The notes under the pieces were generated by a model. That model ran no database searches. It was not told where the DNA came from and saw nothing but the letters and a program-made list of their open reading frames with translations. Shown here one piece after another: positions 17,177 to 25,613 of a DNA stretch of 64,000 nt. Position numbers and translations under genes: made by a program. This stretch comes from Nitrosarchaeum sp. (GTDB lineage Archaea > Thermoproteota > Nitrososphaeria > Nitrososphaerales > Nitrosopumilaceae): NCBI GenBank assembly GCA_965223865.1, contig OZ245020.1, forward strand, positions 352,001 to 416,000. Reading direction: 5' to 3'. Position 1 is the first letter of the stretch, and each line of letters opens with the position of its first letter.

Positions 17177-17317
17177 CTATACCTTATGGATATGAGGTCT
17201 GACCTTATGGACTATTTTTTGTAGATTGGATTCTATCTCATCTGACGGTTTATTATCGATCTGGTTAATCACATCTACAAAGTCATTTATGATTTCGTCT
17301 TTTGTTGATGTTTTCAT
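17177..17317 (-). CDS. 46-aa helical microprotein (not in ORF track)
   Basis: MKTSTKDEIINDFVDVINQIDNKPSDEIESNLQKIVHKVRPHIHKV*; similar to 17411-17557. Confidence 0.55.
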   Translation of the reverse strand: MKTSTKDEIINDFVDVINQIDNKPSDEIESNLQKIVHKVRPHIHKV

Positions 17318-17410
17318 CAAGCTAAAGATAGTCATTCGTGGCTAAAAATATCACTATTGAATATACTGTATACCTAGTATGAGTTATAATTTGACCTGAT
17401 TCTATATAAT

Positions 17411-17557
17411 TTAGTCATCTCTGCCAGCAGGATGTGATTTTCTTACATTTTTGATGATTTCTACTAATCTTGCATTTATCTCGTTGTAATCGCAGTTATC
17501 CATATCTAGAATAGATCTGAATTCTTGAATGAGTTTTTCTTTATCTTGAACTGTCAA
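17411..17557 (-). CDS. 48-aa helical microprotein (not in ORF track)
   Basis: TTG start, MTVQDKEKLIQEFRSILDMDNCDYNEINARLVEIIKNVRKSHPAGRDD*. Confidence 0.55.
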   Translation of the reverse strand: MTVQDKEKLIQEFRSILDMDNCDYNEINARLVEIIKNVRKSHPAGRDD

Positions 17558-17699
17558 GATGGTAATACAACAATTCATGAAATTGATAAATTTTAGTAAT
17601 TTACAAATTTACATGTATGATTGATATTTTTTGACAATACAAAAAATTGTGAAAATTATGGTGTTATCTATATAGCAGTTTACTAGAATCTAATGTTGA

Positions 17700-18176
17700 C
17701 TAAATTTCTTGTAAAGCATCAGATTCTTTAATTCTCTTATTAAAAAATAGGCAGGCAGTTAGATCTCCTGTAACATTTACCATAGTTCTTGTCATATCTA
17801 AGATTCTATCTACTCCAAGTAATAATACAACTTCAACAGCTGGAACTCCTGCTGCAATCAAAATAGTTGATAATATTATAATTCCAGTCCCTGGAGCTGA
17901 AGGTGCTCCAATGGATGCAGCAAGAGATGACAATGCAATTAGAATAATTGTAGTAAAACCCAAATCAATATTGAATAGTTGAGCTAGGAAAAATACTGCA
18001 ATTATTTGATACATAGCGGTTCCATCCATATTGATTGTGGCACCCAATGGAATAATGAACTGAGAAACTCTTGGTTTTACTTTCATCTTTTCTTCTGCTG
18101 TTTTTATAGAGAGTGGCATTACAGCAGCTGAGCTAGATGTAGAAAATGCAAGTAATTGAGATCTTTCCTTAATCAA
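17700..18176 (-). pseudogene. C-terminal fragment of a dicarboxylate/amino acid:cation symporter (GltP-like)
   Basis: STSSSAA, NMDGT and DMTRT.VN motifs present; N-terminal half missing, in-frame TAG at 18228-18230. Confidence 0.85.
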
Positions 18177-18236
18177 AAGTCTTTGAGATAAGTTTTCAGT
18201 AGAAAAAATGCAACAATTGAAATTGTTCTAAAAATA

Positions 18237-18806
18237 ATGTCAAGTATGGGATTTTTTGATACTAAACAAGGTGTTAATGAATACATAAAGCTGGCTGAAG
18301 GTTATGATGGAACAGAATTAATTAAAATATTACAAGAAGTGTTGCCTGAAAAATCTACGGTATTAGAGCTAGGAATGGGTCCTGGAAAGGATCTGGATAT
18401 TTTAAGCAAGTTCTTCAAAGTTACGGGGTCTGATTCTTCTCAAATTTTCTTGGATAGGTACAAACAAGAAAATCCAAATGTAGATTTGCTAAAACTTGAT
18501 GCAGTAACTATTTCTACTAGTAGGACCTTTGATTGTATTTATTCTAACAAAGTCTTACATCATCTAACAAGAAAAGAATTGAAAGAATCATTTCAAAGGC
18601 AAAAAGAAGTATTAAATTCTGATGGAATTGCATTTCATTCCTTTTGGAAAGGAGACAAGGATGAAAATTATGATGGGCTTTTGTTTACAAAATATCAAAT
18701 TGATGGTTTGAGAGCAATTATTGGAGATGTTTTTGATATTTTGAATATTAACGAATACACAGAAATGGAAAAGGATGATTCTATCTATGTGGTTTTGAGA
18801 AAATAA
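18237..18806 (+). CDS. Class I SAM-dependent methyltransferase
   Basis: VLELGMGPG motif I; FDCIYSNKVLHHL. Confidence 0.88.
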   Translation: MSSMGFFDTKQGVNEYIKLAEGYDGTELIKILQEVLPEKSTVLELGMGPGKDLDILSKFFKVTGSDSSQIFLDRYKQENPNVDLLKLDAVTISTSRTFDCIYSNKVLHHLTRKELKESFQRQKEVLNSDGIAFHSFWKGDKDENYDGLLFTKYQIDGLRAIIGDVFDILNINEYTEMEKDDSIYVVLRK

Positions 18807-18844
18807 ACGATTAATCAAAAATTAATGATTATTTGTGAGGATTG

Positions 18845-19027
18845 TTATGAAGACTGTTGTAATTTTCTTTCCTTAAATGGACATGATTTTCCTTCTTTGT
18901 GTTCTCCTTCGCCATCTGGTATTACCTCACCAGTAGTTTGTGCAACTGCAATGTCAAAAGGAGTTGCCAGTGCAAAGACTGCTACCAATATGATTACAAT
19001 AGTAAAAGCGGTTGTAGTCTTGTTCAT
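18845..19027 (-). CDS. Secreted EGKSCP peptide (paralog of 47731-47931)
   Basis: Signal peptide ending AVA-Q; KEGKSCPFKERK. Confidence 0.75.
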   Translation of the reverse strand: MNKTTTAFTIVIILVAVFALATPFDIAVAQTTGEVIPDGEGEHKEGKSCPFKERKLQQSS

Positions 19028-19300
19028 ATAACCTACTGATTATTCTTTTTATGATTTAATGTTTGTTCATAATTAATTAAAATGGAATTTTATTCTAGTG
19101 GAAAATCAGTTTTACAAATCACACAGCGCCCTCTAAACCCTGCATATCCTTTATTATAATATTGAATAATTTCACTATGGCAAATAAAGCAAGTTATTTT
19201 TGTTTCAGACAATATTCATAATACGTTATGATTTGTTATAAAGTGGATCATCATTTCTGGATTATCACTAGATTTGTTAAATTAAATCAAATTAGCCATA

Positions 19301-19409
19301 AATTTTGATTATTACTGTATAGCTCATCCTTGGATGACTGAAAAAGTAATAGTAAGTGAATGATTACAGAATTGAGTAAAACTAGCCACAAGATCTATGT
19401 GCTAATGTC
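19301..19409 (+). repeat. 109-bp direct repeat, copy 2
   Basis: Matches 16941-17049 at 108/109 positions. Confidence 0.95.
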
Positions 19410-19472
19410 ATACTGCTCATTATGATTTACGTACCTAGAATTTTTATAGGTTTATTATTTTTGCCAGACTAT

Positions 19473-19667
19473 ATGACCCTTAAATTACGATGTGCAGATT
19501 ACGGTTTTGAGTGTGACTTTATTCTAGAAGGAGAAAAAAATGTAGGATTACTCGAACAGTTAAGAAAACATTTTGAGGAGGAACATGGAATTGATTATGC
19601 TACTGAGGTAATAACCCAAATGATTATGAATCGTGGTTATTCTTTAGAGTCAATCAAAAAAGAATAA
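19473..19667 (+). CDS. DUF1059-like small metal-binding protein
   Basis: LRCADYGFECDF...H...EHG; ATG at 19473. Confidence 0.8.
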   Translation: MTLKLRCADYGFECDFILEGEKNVGLLEQLRKHFEEEHGIDYATEVITQMIMNRGYSLESIKKE

Positions 19668-19834
19668 TTTTTTAAAAATTTTATTTTTAACATTTAATAT
19701 AATCTAGGTTGTATGATAATTAGATAATTTTCTCATTTAACAGTAGGAATTTTTTGTTTTCCAAGTTTTGTTTTCATTACAAAATTACCTGTTACAATTT
19801 ATTTTTATTTGATAAATGAGTCTACTAATTAGTA

Positions 19835-20752
19835 GTGGTAGAAAATTATTGTAATGATTCTGATGTAAAGTGTCAACTAGATACTTGCAAAACCTACCCT
19901 GTCATAACAGATTCTGATAGAGGAGAAATGTTTTGTGGGGGATGCGGGTTAGTTCTTGTTCAAAATATAGCTGATACTTCTCATGAGAGTAGTGGTTATT
20001 CTCAGGAAGAATACATGAAATTAGCAAGAACTGGTCCAGCAACTTCTTTAACAATGCATGATAAGGGATTATCTACGGTTATTGGAACAAACAAAGATTC
20101 CGCTGGAAATGCGTTATCTAGTAAAACTAAATTTGAATTTAATAGACTTAGAACTTGGGATCAAAGAAGCAAATCAAGAAAAACATCAACTCTAAGCAAG
20201 GCATTTACAATATTACATGGAATTAAAACAAAACTTGGAGTTCCAGACAATGTGGTTGAAAATGCTGCCTACATATACAGAAAGATAGTTAATGCAAAGC
20301 TCACTAGAGGAAGAACAATGACTTCATTGGTTTCAGCTGCATTATATGCTGCATGTCGAGAAAATAATATTCCTAGAACTTTGGATGATATTGCAGATGC
20401 TGGAAATGTTGAAAGACGAATTTTATCTAGAGACTTGAGAACAATTATCAAGAAATTAGGATTAAATCTAAATCAGTATAATACAACATCATTTATCTCA
20501 AAGATTTCGAATAACATGAATTTAAAGGAAAAAACCAAAAGAGATGCATTTGACATTCTAAAAAGATGTGAAAATGAAAAGATAACTGCCGGAAAGCATC
20601 CCGTGGCTCAAGCTGCTGCATCTTTGTATATTTCATGTATTCTTAATGGAGAAAAAATTAGTCAGAAGAAATTTTCAGTTGAATCAGGAGTTAGCGACGT
20701 TACTATTAGAAATAGAGCTGTTCTTATCAAAAAGACACTAAAAATTCTTTAG
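19835..20752 (+). CDS. tfb: Transcription initiation factor IIB paralog
   Basis: Zn ribbon (GEMFCGGCG), B-reader RTGP...HDKGLST, two cyclin repeats, VSDVTIRNR. Confidence 0.95.
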   Translation: MVENYCNDSDVKCQLDTCKTYPVITDSDRGEMFCGGCGLVLVQNIADTSHESSGYSQEEYMKLARTGPATSLTMHDKGLSTVIGTNKDSAGNALSSKTKFEFNRLRTWDQRSKSRKTSTLSKAFTILHGIKTKLGVPDNVVENAAYIYRKIVNAKLTRGRTMTSLVSAALYAACRENNIPRTLDDIADAGNVERRILSRDLRTIIKKLGLNLNQYNTTSFISKISNNMNLKEKTKRDAFDILKRCENEKITAGKHPVAQAAASLYISCILNGEKISQKKFSVESGVSDVTIRNRAVLIKKTLKIL

Positions 20753-20792
20753 AAAAAATTTAGTCAAACTCATCAAATATTGTATAAAATGA

Positions 20793-21230
20793 TTAGGAAG
20801 TATAGAAATTAGTTATTGATGATGTATTTTCAAAAATCACTTCTAGTCTGTTAACTAGATCCATAATTACTTTAATTTGTTCCAAAGTAATTTCATAGAG
20901 CTTTTCAATTCGGTCTTTTAGTGTTGCAATCTCTACTTTTAGATTTGAGTTTTGTTCTTTTAATTCTGTAATTTGATCTTGAAGTTTTGAGTTTTGTTCT
21001 TTTAATTTGATATTTTCTTCAGTAAGTCTTTGAATTTTTTCAGATTCTGTTTCTCCTGGAAATGGTTCTGGGACCGGTTCAGGTTCTGGTAATTTTATTG
21101 GTTCAGGTTCTGGTGTAGGTTCTGGAATTTGTGGTGGCTCAGGTTCTTGGCTATTTTCTAGTGCAAAAATATTTTGAATACTAAATAATGATACTAGTAA
21201 AACTATAGTTAATATTGGAATTTTTTTCAT
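20793..21230 (-). CDS. Secreted Pro/Glu-rich coiled-coil protein
   Basis: Signal peptide, PEPEP tract, heptad repeats. Confidence 0.7.
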   Translation of the reverse strand: MKKIPILTIVLLVSLFSIQNIFALENSQEPEPPQIPEPTPEPEPIKLPEPEPVPEPFPGETESEKIQRLTEENIKLKEQNSKLQDQITELKEQNSNLKVEIATLKDRIEKLYEITLEQIKVIMDLVNRLEVIFENTSSITNFYTS

Positions 21231-21323
21231 TTTATGAAATTACTCCATTTATTGAATTAATTTTTTGTATATGAATATGATTACTGATTTTTAAAAATGA
21301 TTTAAACAAAATATGAAAAAGAG

Positions 21324-21542
21324 TTATTTGAAGAAATCAAACTCTTGATCTCTTTTTTGTTTGGGTAGGTCTTCCATAACTGCCTGAACTACCTCATTGT
21401 GATTATAGGTTAGATGCCTAAGGAATTTTGCAGATTCATCAGCTCTTGTTTGTGCGTCTGCAAACAACATCTCTGGACTGCTTAATGAGCTCATCATTGT
21501 ATTGCATTCACTACAAGGCTCAAAATCAAGACAGAGTTTCAT
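21324..21542 (-). CDS. Conserved small protein with CxxC
   Basis: 72-aa ORF, CSEC and HxxxxH. Confidence 0.7.
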   Translation of the reverse strand: MKLCLDFEPCSECNTMMSSLSSPEMLFADAQTRADESAKFLRHLTYNHNEVVQAVMEDLPKQKRDQEFDFFK

Positions 21543-21572
21543 AATTCATGTCATCTTTTCTTAGTATTTAGA

Positions 21573-22904
21573 CTATTTTATGGAATAAGTCATGGGTGCT
21601 TCTTTTTCTCTCGGCTTGATCTTGTCAATGGCAGTAAGAATATCTTGTTGAGTAATATTGATATCTTTGACATTCTCGGACTTTCCACTTACATATCTCT
21701 TCAAAGCAGTAACTGCAGATCTATTAGCAACAGCAGCAATTTCAGCTCCACTAAAACCACTAGTTAGTTCAACAATTTTTGAAATGTTAACATCAGTTGC
21801 AAGTGGTTTCTTTTTGGAATGAATCTTAAAGATATGTTCTCTTCCTTTTGCATCAGGTTTTGGAACTTCTATGATTCGATCAAATCTTCCTGGTCTTAAT
21901 AATGCCTCATCAACAATATCGAGTCTATTTGTTGCTCCAATTATCAAGACATTATGTAGTTCTTCTAAACCATCAATTTCTGTAAGAATCTGTGAAACCA
22001 CATTTTCTGAAACGTGTGATGATTCGCTGCCACTTCTTCTTGGCACAAGGGCATCTATTTCATCAAAGAAAATGATACACGGTGCTGCCTGGCGAGCTTT
22101 TCTAAAGATTTCTCTTACTCCTTTTTCTGATTCACCAACCCATTTTGAGAGTAACTCAGGACCTTTAATGCTGATAAAATTAGAATCAGTCATTTTTGCT
22201 AATGCTTTTGCAATCAAAGTTTTTCCAGTCCCTGGTGGGCCATGTAACAAAACGCCTTTTGGTGCTTCAACACCAATTTTTTCAAATAGTTCTGGGTGCC
22301 TCATTGGTAATTCTACCATCTCACGGATCTTTTGGACTTCATTTTTCAAACCACCTAATTCATCATATGTGATTCGTGGAACAGTTGTATCTACTGTCTT
22401 AGTCATATTGCCTAGTTTGAATACAGTTTGCTCCGTAACTATGACTGGTTTTGATGGTTTTGTGCTAGTTACAACAAATTGAACTCTTCCTCCCATTTGG
22501 GTATTAAGAGAAATAGTATCTCCAGTTGTAAATACATGATTAAGATAATTGTAAATCATATATTCTTGTAAACCTTCGGCTGCAATTTTTTCAGTTGGAG
22601 ATAAGACAATTTGTTCGGCATTTACAGCTTCGACTGATTTTACGGTAATTTTATCTCCAATACCAGCCCCAATATTTTGTCTGGTGATTCCATCTATTTT
22701 GATAATACCTGTCCCGTATTCTTCAGGTGATCCTGGCCAAAGTTTTACATGTGTCTTTTTGTTATATGTTAATTCTAAAATTTGACCAGTATTCCATTTT
22801 TCATCTTCAAGAATTTTAGGATCGACTATTGCTCTTCCTCTTCCAACATGTTGTTTGGGGATTTCATCAACTTTTAAAATAATTTCATTCATTTTTTTCA
22901 CCAT
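21573..22904 (-). CDS. cdc48: Cdc48/VAT-family AAA ATPase with only one (chimeric D1/D2) AAA domain
   Basis: CDC48 N domains; D1-type lead-in joined at Walker A to D2-type GPELLSKWVGESEK; 443 aa. Confidence 0.85.
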   Translation of the reverse strand: MVKKMNEIILKVDEIPKQHVGRGRAIVDPKILEDEKWNTGQILELTYNKKTHVKLWPGSPEEYGTGIIKIDGITRQNIGAGIGDKITVKSVEAVNAEQIVLSPTEKIAAEGLQEYMIYNYLNHVFTTGDTISLNTQMGGRVQFVVTSTKPSKPVIVTEQTVFKLGNMTKTVDTTVPRITYDELGGLKNEVQKIREMVELPMRHPELFEKIGVEAPKGVLLHGPPGTGKTLIAKALAKMTDSNFISIKGPELLSKWVGESEKGVREIFRKARQAAPCIIFFDEIDALVPRRSGSESSHVSENVVSQILTEIDGLEELHNVLIIGATNRLDIVDEALLRPGRFDRIIEVPKPDAKGREHIFKIHSKKKPLATDVNISKIVELTSGFSGAEIAAVANRSAVTALKRYVSGKSENVKDINITQQDILTAIDKIKPREKEAPMTYSIK

Positions 22905-22919
22905 AAAATTTTGTGGAGA

Positions 22920-23423
22920 TTAATCCACCTCCACCGTTTTGCCTTTTGGCTTTTCTTCTTTAACCAGTTTGAAAACTAGTTCAAGAATTCCATTTTTGTA
23001 GGAAGCTTTTGTAGAGTTCTCATCAACTTTGTATTGAACTGGAACTTTGGCATGGTATTTCTTTTCACCATGTTCTGCAGAAATGTCTACAATCTTGTTT
23101 TGTACGACAATTTTTACATCTGTTTTTTCGACTCCAGGCATTTCAGCTACAAGTTTTACTAGTTTTTCTTTTTCATCGACAATTGTATCTACAATTGGAT
23201 CTCTAACATCTGCTGTTGGAAGCAGGCCTGGTTTAACATTTCCATACTCCTTTACTACAGGTTTTCCGTCAGGACCAACAGTCATCGTATAACCATAATA
23301 AAATGGACCTGCAGATTCCTTTCCTTTGAATTCTTCAAGCATGTCATCTATATTGAAAAAAGATTGTGACATTCTCTTGAAGATTCTATCAAATTCATCA
23401 TCAAAGAACATTGTCATATTCAC
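22920..23423 (-). CDS. hsp20: Archaeal Hsp20
   Basis: YYGYTMTVGPDGKPVVKEYGN; AEMPGVEK; ASYKNGILE. Confidence 0.93.
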   Translation of the reverse strand: MNMTMFFDDEFDRIFKRMSQSFFNIDDMLEEFKGKESAGPFYYGYTMTVGPDGKPVVKEYGNVKPGLLPTADVRDPIVDTIVDEKEKLVKLVAEMPGVEKTDVKIVVQNKIVDISAEHGEKKYHAKVPVQYKVDENSTKASYKNGILELVFKLVKEEKPKGKTVEVD

Positions 23424-23430
23424 CTATGTG

Positions 23431-23448
23431 ATGTAATATATATTACAT
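23431..23448. promoter_or_regulatory. Perfect 18-bp palindrome between the TATA box and start of the hsp20-cdc48 operon
   Basis: ATGTAATATATATTACAT; TTTATATA box on minus strand at 23449-23456. Confidence 0.6.
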
Positions 23449-23550
23449 TATATAAATATTATTAAAATTAAACTAATATTTTACAAAATCCTATTATAAC
23501 TGACATTAAATAATATAGTTTAATGAGAGTTTCTAACATTTGTTCCTGAA

Positions 23551-24186
23551 GTGGTTAGAGAATTAATCACTCGAAACCGCTCGATTTATGATTGCATGAA
23601 AATGGATTTGATAAATTATACGGCATTGGCAGTAAAGATACAGCCTGAAGTTGAAAAAATTTTAGGAAATTCAGTTAATCTCAATACTATTGTAGTTGCA
23701 ATAAAGCGATATGCTGATTCTTTTGAGATTAAAGAGGAGGTAAAAGAAGAGTCTGTACTAAAAAATGCCAGACTGGCATTAACAGATGGAATTATGGATA
23801 TCAAATTTTCAGTAAAGGACTCAAATATGAACCCAATAGATATTTTGGATAAATTCTCAAAAATTACTAGTAACTATGAATTCTTTAGATTATCTGATTC
23901 TTTTAGATTTTTAACAGAAGATATTGATGATATTAGAGAAATTTTTGAAAATATTCCTAATAGAGATGAATTTTTTAGTACTGGTCTTGCAAAAATTCGA
24001 ATTTCAATTCCTCCAAATCATAATCAATCAGATGTAGTATCTTATGTTGCAGAAGTATTACATGCAAATGGAATTGAACTTGTTAATGCCTTTTTCAGTC
24101 AAGACAGTATTATCATAGTTCTTCATGGAGCAGATGCTTCAAGGGCATATGAGATACTTCATTCTGATATTACCCGAGCAAGATAA
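23551..24186 (+). CDS. ACT-domain-containing regulator
   Basis: DLINYTALA N-terminal domain; C-terminal ACT-like domain. Confidence 0.75.
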   Translation: MVRELITRNRSIYDCMKMDLINYTALAVKIQPEVEKILGNSVNLNTIVVAIKRYADSFEIKEEVKEESVLKNARLALTDGIMDIKFSVKDSNMNPIDILDKFSKITSNYEFFRLSDSFRFLTEDIDDIREIFENIPNRDEFFSTGLAKIRISIPPNHNQSDVVSYVAEVLHANGIELVNAFFSQDSIIIVLHGADASRAYEILHSDITRAR

Positions 24187-24255
24187 ACACCTTTTTTAGT
24201 ATTTTTTAAAAATGAACTCATAGGATATATTCAGTTATTTTTAGGGTACAGATAA

Positions 24256-25611
24256 TTGATAAGAAATAAGAAGAAAATCGTCATTTTGGGAGGAGGTTTT
24301 GCAGGTTTAGAATGCACTAGGAAACTAGAGGAGTATTTTAAGGATGATTCTGAAATAGAGATTGTACTTGTAAGTGAAGATAATTTCTTGTTATTTACTC
24401 CAATGTTACCACAAGTTGCATCTGGAATGATAGAAACAAGACATATTGTAATGCCAATTAGAACAATCACCAAAAAGGCCATTTTTTATGAGGGTCGAGT
24501 CAAAAATATAGATCCCTATGGAAAAATTGTAAATTTGTGGGGAAGTGGAAATAAAAGAGGAATTTCACTTCATTATGATTTTTTGATAGTTGCTTTAGGA
24601 AGTGAAACTAATTTTTTTGGAATGAGTGATCTTGAAAAGAATGCCTTTCAGATGAAGACTCTCAATGATGCAGTTATGGTAAGAAATAGGATTATTGATA
24701 TGCTTGAGCAAGCAGAAAATGAGACTAATCCAATTCTTAAAAAGAGTCTTCTAACCTTTGTGATTGTAGGAGGAGGTTTTGCAGGAATTGAGACTGCAGG
24801 AGAACTCATGGATCTTCTTTTGGATGTTAGAAAATACTATCCTAATATCAAAAGAGATGATATTCGTGTAATTGTATTAGAGGCATTACCAAACATTTTG
24901 CCTGGTTTTACTGAGAGTCTTGCAAGTTTTGCACAGGAAAAATTAACGGATCGTGGAATTGAAATTAAGTTGCAAACTGCAGTAACTAGTTTTGATGGAG
25001 ATGAAGTAATGATAAAGAAATTGAATGTTGATAAAGATAAAGTAGATAATTCAGTAATTAGTTCAATTCAGTCAAAGACTGTAATCTGGACTGCCGGAGT
25101 TACTCCAGTAAATACAATCAAAAGATCACTTTTCAAAACAGATAAGGGAAAAATCGTAGTTGATAAAAATTTGGAAGTAATAGATTTTCCAGGGGTGTTT
25201 GCTATTGGAGATTGTGCACTATTTTTTGATCCTAAAACAATGAAACCTTATGCACCAACTGCTCAGATTGCAGAAGCGCAAGCAAAAGTTGCAGCCATTA
25301 ATCTATATTCGATAATAAAAAATAAAGAGAAAACGGAATTTGTCTACGAGTCTAAGGGCCAGATGGCAATTATTGGAAAACGAACTGGAATTGCATCATT
25401 TATGGGAATGAATATTCACGGTCTTTTGGCATGGATTCTTTGGAGAAATGTGTACTTATCTAAAATTCCAACGTGGGACAAAAGATTTAGAGTCTTTCTT
25501 GATTGGGCAGCTGATACTCTGTTTGATAGGGACATATCAAGATTGAAGTTCATGAGACGTGAGCCAGAAAAAGAATACAAAGTTCTAGATGAAGTAGATG
25601 ATGTTTGGTAA
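24256..25611 (+). CDS. ndh: Type II NADH dehydrogenase-like flavoprotein
   Basis: GGGFAG twice, FTPML, WTAGV, AIGDC, AQIA motifs. Confidence 0.88.
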   Translation: MIRNKKKIVILGGGFAGLECTRKLEEYFKDDSEIEIVLVSEDNFLLFTPMLPQVASGMIETRHIVMPIRTITKKAIFYEGRVKNIDPYGKIVNLWGSGNKRGISLHYDFLIVALGSETNFFGMSDLEKNAFQMKTLNDAVMVRNRIIDMLEQAENETNPILKKSLLTFVIVGGGFAGIETAGELMDLLLDVRKYYPNIKRDDIRVIVLEALPNILPGFTESLASFAQEKLTDRGIEIKLQTAVTSFDGDEVMIKKLNVDKDKVDNSVISSIQSKTVIWTAGVTPVNTIKRSLFKTDKGKIVVDKNLEVIDFPGVFAIGDCALFFDPKTMKPYAPTAQIAEAQAKVAAINLYSIIKNKEKTEFVYESKGQMAIIGKRTGIASFMGMNIHGLLAWILWRNVYLSKIPTWDKRFRVFLDWAADTLFDRDISRLKFMRREPEKEYKVLDEVDDVW

Positions 25612-25613
25612 GA

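Noticed and set aside
17160-17179. Hairpin TAGACTAGA-GA-TCTAGTCTA
   Set aside because: Single short palindrome at an ORF end; function cannot be supported
20946-21008. 19-bp direct repeat GAGTTTTGTTCTTTTAATT
   Set aside because: Explained by coiled-coil heptad duplication (LKEQNS) within the CDS
21871-22482. 203-aa plus-strand ORF and many similar antisense ORFs (e.g. 14858-15373, 55123-55698, 54256-54666)
   Set aside because: Shadow frames opposite well-supported genes, with no motifs of their own
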